From positions 125,989,873 through 126,048,000 of the forward strand of contig CM097884.1 in assembly GCA_044892505.1 (NCBI GenBank): DNA of 58,128 nt, read 5' to 3'. Position numbers and translations under genes: made by a program. The DNA is from Schmidtea nova. Lineage: Eukaryota. Positions 26,561 through 36,402 of this stretch are shown in pieces. Every line of letters starts with the position of its first letter. The first letter of the stretch is position 1. The notes below the pieces were generated by a model. The model was given only the letters and a program-made list of their open reading frames with translations, made no database searches and was not told the origin of the DNA.

Positions 26561-29500
26561 ATATAAGTAGTATATAATTTTCCGTTTTAATTAGATTTGT
26601 AGAATATAAGAAAATAAAATTATAAATTAGCATAATAAATTAAATATAAAAGTTATTAATTAGCCTGAGTGTAAATTTCATATTTAAGAATGATTGAAAA
26701 TTGAAATATAAAATATTTATTGAATGTTTGTGTATGAATATTCCCTTTTCAATTAGTAACTCGTGCTAGCAAAAATATAAAATATAATAAAGAAAATTAT
26801 TTGAATGATATAAAAAATTTGTATTGTGTTTAAAAATAGTTTTTTTAACATTATGGATGTTCTTAATTTACGAAACAAAACAAATACTAGAACCAATCTG
26901 CCAAAATTGTAATAAATCATATTTCTGCTCTGATTCTTCATTTATAGGTGGTTGTTCATGAACTAGATTTTAATTTTGTAATGTCGATAATGTCGCAAAA
27001 TGTAGCCCAGCTTATTATACTAAAAAATGGCAGCAATTTAAGGTCATGGCCTTACAGTGCTCACAAATACCCCCCCTACATCTTTGACTTGTCCCCTCAA
27101 GTAATCCATGATTTTCTTTGAAAATACCTTTTATGAGCTAACCGCGAAAAGTTTATTTGTCTTGGTTGTTATGAATAAAAAGATGTTTTGGAATTTCACC
27201 TTATTTATTATATTAGACTCCAATTATTGAGCACACCATGCATTTAAATCAGATATATTAATTATATTTTAATAAAACAATTTTTTAGGTTTTTTAAAAA
27301 TAATGTACTCGATTTTGGTATGTATGAATTGCTTTAAAGCTAAAGAAGAATATTTGAGTTAGGATCACGGAAATGTTTTTTAATACTATAAATTAAGAGG
27401 ATTTAATTTTGTGTTACTGAAATAAATATTATTTGGAAATTTAATTATGAGTTTTTATTGTACCGATTAAAATGATGTTGCAACTAACAATGACAATCAT
27501 ATTATATGTATCAACCCGTATATTTTTGCCAAATCATCTTTAATATATGAGCCATATTTTACACAATAATCAAACAAAAAATGCTGAAACATGAAAGAGA
27601 GAATAGCGTGACCTTACTGTAATGTAGACTTAACTAATTTCAAACAAATGATAATATTTGTATTTACTATTTCTGGCTTCATTTTATAAAATTTATCATC
27701 CGAATAACAAATTTTAGGATCTTTTTTTAAATATCAGTAAGATTTAAATTANNNNNNNNNNNNNNNNNNNNNNNNNNNNNNNNNNNNNNNNNNNNNNNNN
27801 NNNNNNNNNNNNNNNNNNNNNNNNNNNNNNNNNNNNNNNNNNNNNNNNNNNNNNNNNNNNNNNNNNNNNNNNNNNNNNNNNNNNNNNNNNNNNNNNNNNN
27901 NNNNNNNNNNNNNNNNNNNNNNNNNNNNNNNNNNNNNNNNNNNNNNNNNNNNNNNNGATGACTATAGATCAAAATTTTTTTTTAAACAATAAAAAAAAAT
28001 TGATCTATAGTCATCATTATGAGAATTATTGATAATAATAATAAAAAAAGATCNNNNNNNNNNNNNNNNNNNNNNNNNNNNNNNNNNNNNNNNNNNNNNN
28101 NNNNNNNNNNNNNNNNNNNNNNNNNNNNNNNNNNNNNNNNNNNNNNNNNNNNNNNNNNNNNNNNNNNNNNNNNNNNNNNNNNNNNNNNNNNNNNNNNNNN
28201 NNNNNNNNNNNNNNNNNNNNNNNNNNNNNNNNNNNNNNNNNNNNNNNNNNNNNNNNNNNNNNNNNNNNNNNNNNNNNNNNNNNNNNNNNNNNNNNNNNNN
28301 NNNNNNNNNNNNNNNNNNNNNNNNNTAATTAGAGAAAAATTAAGTCATTATTTTTCATTTAGAAAACTAAATTCAATGATTCCAACCCCTCCACGCAGCA
28401 ATCTCAAAGCAGTTTCACAAGTCTTCATTTTGACAAACGGTCAGAATCCATTTCCCAGAATAAAAACAATCCTCAAATTCAAGAAAACTGAAAAGCTAAA
28501 AATATAAATAAATTATTCCAAACCATTTTATTTATCTTTATCAATTTACACTACAATCATTCGTTTATTTGTAATAATAATTTATTATGCTAATAATGAA
28601 TGTAACATCATAGATGATAAATATTTAATATTATTTTCTTTTGTTAATATTGTGTTGTTTTATATTTATGAATTGCAAATATATTTTGTAGAAGTTATTA
28701 TGATTTTATATAACTATTTTTTAACATAAAAAGAAATTTGCATAATTATTTTTAATTGTGAAATCTTAAAAATAATAAAGTACCGTTTATTTTGAAAATG
28801 AGACAAGTCCATTTGATTATCTTTAATTTTCTTAAGACATTTTTAAACTACATTTTGTATAACTGCAAAACACACAAAAGCTGGCTACATTAAGGTCGAT
28901 GTTTGTTTGAACTTTTAATGAGCTTTTTAAAGGTTATCACGAAGGTTATCAACTTCAGGACGTTAATCGCCATGGATGTTCCAAGTTACTGCTATCAATA
29001 GGTTAGAAATCTTTCTATTCACTAGACGTGTTAAGCAATAATTGTAATCTTGCTCGGAACTAGATTCGAAAGACTTGATCCTTGATCTTAAGGGAAAAAA
29101 TTGTAGAGGTCAAGGTTATATTAAAAGGTTTTAACAAAAGTCGATTATTAATTTTTATTTTATGTTCTCTATTTTGTTGCTGACCCCATATCATATATAT
29201 TCAAGCTAAATACAAAATTTTTCAAATAATTCAGCCTTGAAATCTCTCTGTCGTGTTCCATTGGTAACTATCCTAGGCACTGCAATAATGGTACATGCTC
29301 GGTCACACTAATAATTTTATTAAAAGAAATCATCAAGTGTCAATAAATTCGTTAGGAAAAATTGCAAATGTTATTTTATAGTTTAAATGAAGCCAACAGA
29401 TAATATTGCTGGGTTCATGGACGGGTTGGTAAAGAGGCTAATGATGGCTAGGGATCTCCCATCCATGATCATGCATAAAATGTCGTAAGTTACACTCGAG

Positions 29501-29841
29501 CGCCCTTGATTATTTCCCTTGATAACCAAGTTGGTGATGCGCAGGGTGATTAAACAATGAGGGGCATGTGAGCACTATTGCTAGGACTACTCCCCCTTTA
29601 TGTTTACGGGTTCACGCGGCCGTGGAAGGACTTACGCAATTATTGTTCTATTGTGTGTGTGATGTCATGTAATTATCAAAAACAAAATTTAAGCACAACG
29701 AAACTACTAATACGATAATACTTAAGCTACTCCTTTCGTTGTGTGACGGGTAATTTAAATTTAATTAAATGAATTAGGTAATTGAAGGAAAACATCAGAA
29801 ATAACAACAACAAAACAAAACGAGTAAAAATTTAATTGAGT

Positions 29842-30449
29842 TCAAATTCTGACATCGTATTTTATTTGTAATATAAATTCTTTGAATATTCCTTCAGGAG
29901 GGAACATCTCTGCTAACCACTCGGCTTCCGACATTTCTGCCATCGTGGTTACTTGTGTCCGCAATTGCTGGGAAAACAGCTTCCTTTGGCGACGGCGCTT
30001 GGAGCCGATTCGTTTTCGCTTATTCGGTTTTCCGGCGGGAGTTGGTGCAGTGGTGGTTTCCCCCCGACTCTGCGTCGTTGTTGCCTCGAGTCCATCGGTG
30101 TCTGTACTGATTGAGCAGGCCACTTTCCGTTCTCCTACCCAATTCTGGTAAGTAATGGGTCGGATTTGTGCTTTTAATTCGGACTCGATAAACGAAGTCG
30201 TCACCGAATGGAGGCATCGGCGCAACTCAATTTTTGTTGCTTCCCATTCGGTGCGATAATCGTCAGCTGTCCTTTGAGCCCTTTCTGTCCGACTCATCTG
30301 CTCCTTCATGCGAGCTGGTGCGAACCAGCTGGTCCGTAAATGCTGAATCTGAGCTTCTGCTTTGGCTCGTAAGGCTTTTTCTTGGTTTAGCTCCTTTTCC
30401 AATGCTCGGCGGGTTCTCCACGCCTTGTCCAATTCTCGCTGTTGGCTAG
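29842..30449 (-). CDS. LTR-encoded ORF B, 3' LTR copy: coiled-coil plus basic R/K-rich segment; likely start MTETSQQ
   Basis: ORF track 29842-30537. The internal ATG at 30449 follows ttgttatttag|T. KPNKRKRIGSKRRRQRK is NLS/RNA-binding-like. The protein is identical in both LTRs. Confidence 0.55.
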
Positions 30450-30651
30450 TTTCCGTCATACTAAATAACAAACCCAATTTATAATGCATCAAACATGTTA
30501 CCAAGATTAATATTATCCGTCGAAGGTAAAAAATCACATGATTAAATAAATAGAAATAATTTTAACTAAGGAAAATCAAAAAAAAAAAACACGGATCAAC
30601 ACCATTTAATTTATTGAAATCATTTAGTTTATAAAAATGTGAATATAATGT

Positions 30652-31152
30652 TTAGTGGAAAACACTTCGCTTGAGGCCGTGAACGGGAGTAATATGCAAC
30701 CCGTGATTGACTGGATTTCTTCGGATGTGAGCCATCGAACAGTTTAGTTTGGGGCGTCCATGGCACGTTTTCGGTAGGTGATTCGGAATCAATCCGAATT
30801 TAAGCAACTTGAGCGGTGAGACATATCCCCAATAGATCACTGTCGTTGGATTTCCTTCGCTGTCTGACACCACTATGACGAACAGAGCTGTCGTCTCCCG
30901 GTCTCTTTCGTCCTGAATTTCCCATCCGGGGCCTCCTCGATATACGATGGTATCCAATCCCCCGGTCCAAATTGAGAATGGACATTTCTTTCCTAGTTCC
31001 CACCGCCATTTATACATCAACGCATTTAGCGTTCTGAGGAGTTCCTGTGGGAGCGACTTCAATTTCTGCTGTTGCGTCCGGATTAGAGGATTTTCGACCC
31101 GTGCCGCCTGACGTTGAGTTGTTAGAAATTTATCCAGTATCGTTGCTTTCAT
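30652..31152 (-). CDS. LTR-encoded ORF A, 3' LTR copy: 166-aa unknown protein
   Basis: Open 166-codon frame with higher GC than its flanks; the ATG directly follows tttttttttatcag|. Confidence 0.5.
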   Translation of the reverse strand: MKATILDKFLTTQRQAARVENPLIRTQQQKLKSLPQELLRTLNALMYKWRWELGKKCPFSIWTGGLDTIVYRGGPGWEIQDERDRETTALFVIVVSDSEGNPTTVIYWGYVSPLKLLKFGLIPNHLPKTCHGRPKLNCSMAHIRRNPVNHGLHITPVHGLKRSVFH

Positions 31153-32033
31153 CTGATAAAAAAAAATATAATGCTAATAAATTTTATTGTGACGAATCCG
31201 TAAATTTTGGTGGGACCTGATAAAAATGCTCTGCTCGTTGATCAATAACACAAAAAAATGTGAAAAGGAGGAATAAAAAAAATATTTTCCAAACTAGTCA
31301 ATTAACACCGTCGCTATGTACAGCGATCGGAATATTAAAATTTTACATATTGTTACCTGCGCTATGTACAGCGATCAGGTTACGATTTTACTTGTTTAAT
31401 CCGTAATGTCGATCCGAACATGTCGTTATTTATGTCTAAATTAAACCATAGTTGAAACATCGAAATCGTCTCGGTGTGTCCGGACATTATTTCGATTAGT
31501 TATGTTGATTCACAAAAATTCGCGTGTAGATGGAAAAAAAAATCGATCTAGTCGACCTGATAATTGATATTGTAGTTTGTTTTCGCCTATCTGATCGAAT
31601 ATTAATGTTAACCACTGTCTACAAAGTGTCCTTGTCCCTGCACAACTTTACCGTACCGTGAAACTTTCAAAACCAAAAATTTAAATCAAATAAAGAATAC
31701 CCATAAAAACTCTGCTCACCATCTTGTGGAACGGTGAAATCCCACATTTACGGCGTACTCCCTCGCAGCGTGAGCTACTGAGGAAGTGAATATATATGCA
31801 TAAGTAAAATAAATGAAATAATAAAATCATCAGAATCATTTACGATAAGTTATATTAAATAAAATCATAGGATCAATAAAACTTATAATGACAATCAAAA
31901 TAATTACTTCCACAGGTTTTCCAGATAGCTTTGAATAAATCGTAAAATAAACGCTTTCACAAAGTTCGTGAATTAATGTTTCTAGACAAAGTCTGTCGAC
32001 AAAATTAGTGTTGTGTTGTTATTTTCGGATCGG

Positions 32034-32075
32034 TATTTATACTGATCCAGTTGGTCAGATTGACCAATCAGGATC
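32034..32075 (-). promoter_or_regulatory. Candidate LTR core promoter: palindromic CCAAT element followed by a TATA box
   Basis: Near-palindrome GATCCAGTTGGTCAGATTGACCAATCAGGATC (32044-32075), then TATAAATA on the minus strand at 32041-32034. An Inr-like CTAATTT lies near 32006. Confidence 0.5.
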
Positions 32076-32636
32076 AGGCCGTCCATCAAAGTAATTTTGT
32101 TATTTTATTTTAATATAAACCATTTTAAATTTCCGGTTCAGATTTCTCGCTGGGTGGTCTCGATTTTTTCAAGTAATTAACCAATTAATTGTACTTTTAT
32201 TTGATTTTATTTATAATTTTCTTATTTCAGACCCCCATACTGCTCGTTCCCGTGTCAATTTGATTTTCTTCCTTTGCTGGAAATTTAGTAATTATTATTT
32301 ATTATTTTATTTTAATTTTTAATTTAGGTTTTTCGAATGTTTTTGTGGTTATTATTTGTATCTATTGTTTGAATTAATACAATATCTTTGCCTTTTTAGA
32401 CCAATTGGTGGGCCCAACATCACTCGGGGACCCCTAAAATTGCGTCCCGCAATTAATTATACATAACTACTTATAACATCATACATAAAAAGTTTTACAG
32501 ATATATACATAAACACAAGAAAATCACTTAAGGTGATAGAATTTATACACATCATGAGATTTGTTATAGGATAGTTGAATATTATCAGATTATTGTCATA
32601 GGATAGTCAAAGGTTCATCAGAGATGTTCACAAAGT

Positions 32637-33197
32637 CTATTCGATCCTCCGGCTCGCATTGGGTTGGGTTTGAGTTCTCTCATTGATTGTAGCTAATTCG
32701 TAGTGGGTCTGAATTTGATCTAGATGTTTTCTCATACGTCTTTGGGTTCGGTTGTCTCGCCTTGATGTTTGATTGACGATGGTTTGTTTCTGTTTGAGGA
32801 TTTTTATCCGGTAGGAGGCGATCAGGATTGTGATTGCGATGGTAGTTATGCTGATTGAAAGGATTATGATGATTGCTATGATCCATTTTTCTTGATATTC
32901 TATTTCAGCTTGGGCTAGGCTTTTTATGGGCTCTCTACCTTCTTTCAGGGTTTTTTGGGTTTCTTTTAGTTTCAGTTGTTGGTTATCGAAGATTTGTTGG
33001 ATTTGATGATCTTGATTGTGGGGATATTTCTGTCGGAATTCGTTGATTTCTTTAATTACTTCTTCGATTAGGCTGTCTACTTTTTGGTAGGTTTTGTCGG
33101 GTAGAACTCGTAATTGGGTTTCGGTAAGTTGTAGATCTTCTCTCTGTAGGGTGATGGTTATTAACCATAGGAGTATTGGTATTGCGAGCTTTCTCAT
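32637..33197 (-). CDS. Accessory 186-aa type I membrane protein (signal peptide, helical ectodomain, TM, basic tail)
   Basis: N-terminal MRKLAIPILLWLITITL; TM WIIAIIIILSISITTIAITILIASY; A-rich codon use like the rest of the element. Confidence 0.75.
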   Translation of the reverse strand: MRKLAIPILLWLITITLQREDLQLTETQLRVLPDKTYQKVDSLIEEVIKEINEFRQKYPHNQDHQIQQIFDNQQLKLKETQKTLKEGREPIKSLAQAEIEYQEKWIIAIIIILSISITTIAITILIASYRIKILKQKQTIVNQTSRRDNRTQRRMRKHLDQIQTHYELATINERTQTQPNASRRIE

Positions 33198-33275
33198 TTC
33201 TATCTTTACATAGGAGTCAATACAGCTTGACGCTTTTTATTTTACATCATCTATTTACAATTGGTTTCCGCTCAT

Positions 33276-34337
33276 TTACACGAGGGTTTCGTTAGGTTCG
33301 TGAAAACCTTCGTCTTGAGGTTCCACCTGATTTATGGGGAGTGGCATCCATATTACCGTACTCCTCCACATTTCCACTTCCTCTCGGTATGTGTGGGATA
33401 TCTGAATCTCTTCATCTAATAAGTATTCCAGATAGTTCGCCTGCTCTGTTAGGGTTTCTATTTGTTTTTCTAGTTCTGCTAATTTTTTCTCTCTCTCTTC
33501 TTTCTCTATCATTTCGGTCACTGCTGCTGTGATACTTGTTTCCTTTGTGGGTACTGGTTTTTCTGTTAGCTTCTTTCTCAGTTCTTCGTTTTCTTTTGTC
33601 AAGTTGGTTATGTTCTCTTCATAACTCTGTTTTGCTTCTTCCATTCTTTCTTTGGTCCTTTTTAATTCTATTTTCTTCTGGGTAATCACTCCTTGATATC
33701 CATTTATATCTCTTTTCATGTTTTCCTCCTTGTGATTCCACATTCCGGTCAGCATACCTTTTAACTGTTCTTGATTGGCTAACTCCTCTCCCATTCTTTG
33801 CACTTGATAAGTTAGTTCTTTAATTTTCTTGGCTTGTTCTCTGATGAATTGTTGTCTTTTCTTACTCCATACCTTATTTGACGCTTCTTGACTGATCTTT
33901 TGCCCTAATTCCTCTTTTAATTCGTCGATCTCTTTAAACAGTTTCCAATCATCGCTGTACGCTGTTCGTTCAATTATCTCCCTGGCTTCCTTGTAAGAGT
34001 CTTTTGCCTCTTTCTTCCAATATCTTGCTTGTTCGGTGATTGACTGAATCTTATGGTCTGTTTTTATCTGTTGTCTATCTCTATCCTCTCGTCGCTCTTT
34101 CATCATCCCTTTGTAGTATTCGTTTTGTTGTCTTAGCAGTTTGTAGACTTCTTCTATTTTTTCTCGACTTTTATGATTCGTTTTCTCGGCTTCTCTTAGT
34201 GCTTGGGTTTGTCTTTCTAATTCCTCCTGTTTTCGATAATAGGCGTGAATCCATATCCCAATCCGCTCCATGTGATTTCTGATCATTTCGTCTTGATGTA
34301 CGGTTACTTCCTGTAAGGTTACCTCTATATTTCCCAT
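33276..34337 (-). CDS. Accessory 353-aa coiled-coil protein, function unknown
   Basis: Long E/K/Q/R heptad-like ORF in the element's sense orientation; no recognisable family motif. Confidence 0.8.
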   Translation of the reverse strand: MGNIEVTLQEVTVHQDEMIRNHMERIGIWIHAYYRKQEELERQTQALREAEKTNHKSREKIEEVYKLLRQQNEYYKGMMKERREDRDRQQIKTDHKIQSITEQARYWKKEAKDSYKEAREIIERTAYSDDWKLFKEIDELKEELGQKISQEASNKVWSKKRQQFIREQAKKIKELTYQVQRMGEELANQEQLKGMLTGMWNHKEENMKRDINGYQGVITQKKIELKRTKERMEEAKQSYEENITNLTKENEELRKKLTEKPVPTKETSITAAVTEMIEKEEREKKLAELEKQIETLTEQANYLEYLLDEEIQISHTYREEVEMWRSTVIWMPLPINQVEPQDEGFHEPNETLV

Positions 34338-34448
34338 TTCTATAATTACAGATAAAAGAATATTTAATCAGTTTTTATTTTTATTGTTTTTGATTATTTG
34401 TTATTTCATATTGTTTTATACAGTTTATTTACATGGTTACTTTCTTCA

Positions 34449-35825
34449 TTACGCCAACCATCCTTTTCTGTCTGTTTTCTCGTGCCTCTCCATCTCTATG
34501 TATAGCGTGTCTGCATACAGTTGCTCCCATAGGTTTTCTTTCCTTATAAACATTGGTTCTCCTGCTGCTAGTCCGCATTCTGTTGTTGGTTTTTCGCTTG
34601 TACTCGTATGTTTGTCTGTTTCAAAGAACTTTTCTACTGGTTTTCCTATACTTTTGATTCTTATAATGACTCCTACTTTCAAGGGCCATTCTATTAGGTC
34701 ATCGTATTCTCCTTTACATAACGAGAAGAATATTGATACGTGTGTTCCTTGTCCTCTCCCGTCTCCATTTGGGTAGACCTTCAATCTTATTTTAACCCCA
34801 TTTTTCCATAAATAAAATGGTGGGCTTATTACTGCTGTTTTCGTCATATTTCTGGCTTCTGCTAGTTTGTCTCTGAAATCTGTTACTTTCCATAGGTAAG
34901 GTGCGATTGGTAAGTCCCTTCTTTCGTCAATTTCTCGTATTAATTGATTATATTGTATTTTCATTCCTTTTCCTAATTCTTCTATGGCTATTATTTTCTT
35001 TTCCATTCTTTCGCGAGTTAGTTCAAACTGCTCTCTTGTTTCTAGTAGTAAACTCATCATTATCTTATGTGATTCTACTTCTTTTTCTAATTTCTGGATT
35101 GTCTGTTCTGTTTCTTTTGTCGTTTCGTTTGTCATTTCCACATGCGTTAGTGCTGCTTCTTCCAAGTGTTGTTTCATTGTTTTTCGCGTCCGCTTTTCCT
35201 TGCATCCATGCTTGTTATATGGACATTCTCTTGGCCTTTCGGTGCATATTTTCCAATGTTCATGTAACTTTATTTCTTCTGTTATTTCGCAATTGTTTGG
35301 ACATTTGCTTACATATTGTCCGCATACTTTCTCCTCTGTTATATTTAAGTGTTCTTCTTCGATTTTTCTCCTTGTTTCTCGAGTTTCACAATACTCGCAT
35401 GCGATTTCTTCTTCTTTACATTCTTCCTTGTGTTGTTTTCTCTTCTTTAGAGTTATTGTCTGTTGGCATTTCTCGCATTCGGCTCTCTTTTCCTCGCATT
35501 TTTCCATATGGTTTTCCAGATTACTTATTTGTCCTTGCCATGTACAAGGTGTATTTACGCACTCCGTTGTGGTGCTCATAATTTCTCTTTGGGTTGCTTT
35601 GTCCATTCTGGTTTCATCCAACACTATTTTTCCTTCCTTACATTCTGGGCATGTTGTTATTCCTGTTGCATCTAATTCTTGTATACATTTTGTACATATT
35701 CTACATCCACATATCGTTTGTCTGGGTTCTCGCAATAAATTATTACATTTTCCGCATGTGAGCCTCTTGCTCCATTTTCTGTTTTCTAATCTCAAGATTT
35801 CGATTATTCGTTCTTCTCTGTCCAT
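34449..35825 (-). CDS. TRAF: Full-length TRAF-family protein (RING, TRAF zinc fingers, coiled coil, MATH)
   Basis: RING CGKC...CGCRICTKC...CPEC; fingers such as CVNTPCTW...HMEKC and CPYNKHGC...H; MATH signature SPPFY...KIRLKVYPNGDGRGQGTHVSIFF...GEYDDLIEWP. Confidence 0.93.
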   Translation of the reverse strand: MDREERIIEILRLENRKWSKRLTCGKCNNLLREPRQTICGCRICTKCIQELDATGITTCPECKEGKIVLDETRMDKATQREIMSTTTECVNTPCTWQGQISNLENHMEKCEEKRAECEKCQQTITLKKRKQHKEECKEEEIACEYCETRETRRKIEEEHLNITEEKVCGQYVSKCPNNCEITEEIKLHEHWKICTERPRECPYNKHGCKEKRTRKTMKQHLEEAALTHVEMTNETTKETEQTIQKLEKEVESHKIMMSLLLETREQFELTRERMEKKIIAIEELGKGMKIQYNQLIREIDERRDLPIAPYLWKVTDFRDKLAEARNMTKTAVISPPFYLWKNGVKIRLKVYPNGDGRGQGTHVSIFFSLCKGEYDDLIEWPLKVGVIIRIKSIGKPVEKFFETDKHTSTSEKPTTECGLAAGEPMFIRKENLWEQLYADTLYIEMERHEKTDRKGWLA

Positions 35826-35919
35826 TTTCTACAATAATATATACATTCGACTTGTCATTTATTTTTGGATTTTTTCTTGTTTTTATTTTTACATATTTAC
35901 AGTTTTCCGCTTTATTTAT

Positions 35920-36276
35920 CTATGGCTCATTCGTTGAATCTGGTTCCGCTTCGTTGTTTAATCTATTTATTACCCAACTCATCCATCCTTCTTCGGATCC
36001 TTCTCTTTCTCCTCGTGTTAAATGGTTTATTTCTATTGCTTGTCTTTGATTGGTGTTGCTTATCGTTTGATTTTCCCTGGTGAGTTCAGTTATCGCTCTT
36101 TGTTGTTCCTCTATTCTGTGTAATTGTTCGAAACAATTGTTATAACTTTCTGATAGTAACATTTGTTTTTCCGCTAATTGGTTCTGTAATGAGTTGACTG
36201 TTCGTACTAATAAATCGCATTGTGCTTTCCATCTCATAGCCATAGTTATTTCGGTTGTTTCGTCCTGTTCGGTCAT
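35920..36276 (-). CDS. Accessory 118-aa coiled-coil protein
   Basis: First ORF after the polyprotein; heptad-like Q/E/L pattern; same TAG-AAA-ATG start context as its neighbours. Confidence 0.65.
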   Translation of the reverse strand: MTEQDETTEITMAMRWKAQCDLLVRTVNSLQNQLAEKQMLLSESYNNCFEQLHRIEEQQRAITELTRENQTISNTNQRQAIEINHLTRGEREGSEEGWMSWVINRLNNEAEPDSTNEP

Positions 36277-36402
36277 TTTCTAAATTATATACATTATTTA
36301 CTTTGCTTTTCTATCTTTTTACAATTTTTTATAATATCGATACCCATACTATTACGGTAATGCTTTGTTATTTACACTATTATTTACAGTCATAATCCGC
36401 CC

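Larger units (their letters stand above)
29407..32419 (-). repeat. 3' LTR (~3.0 kb; inner boundary inferred)
   Basis: Matches 55527-58128 through position 32009. The inner end is placed at ...GGCCCAACA (32419) because it forms an imperfect terminal inverted repeat with TGCTGGGT and gives TG...CA ends. Confidence 0.75.

Noticed and set aside
27957-28015. Perfect 16-bp inverted repeat GATGACTATAGATCAA on a 97-bp contig between two gaps
   Set aside because: Cannot be separated from a gap-edge assembly artefact or the centre of a collapsed MITE.
3050-28507. ORF-track entries containing X runs
   Set aside because: Artefacts of translating through N gaps.
33276-34337. N-myristoylation of the MGNIEV... 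ORF
   Set aside because: Gly2 is present but there is no Ser/Thr at position 6; support is too weak.
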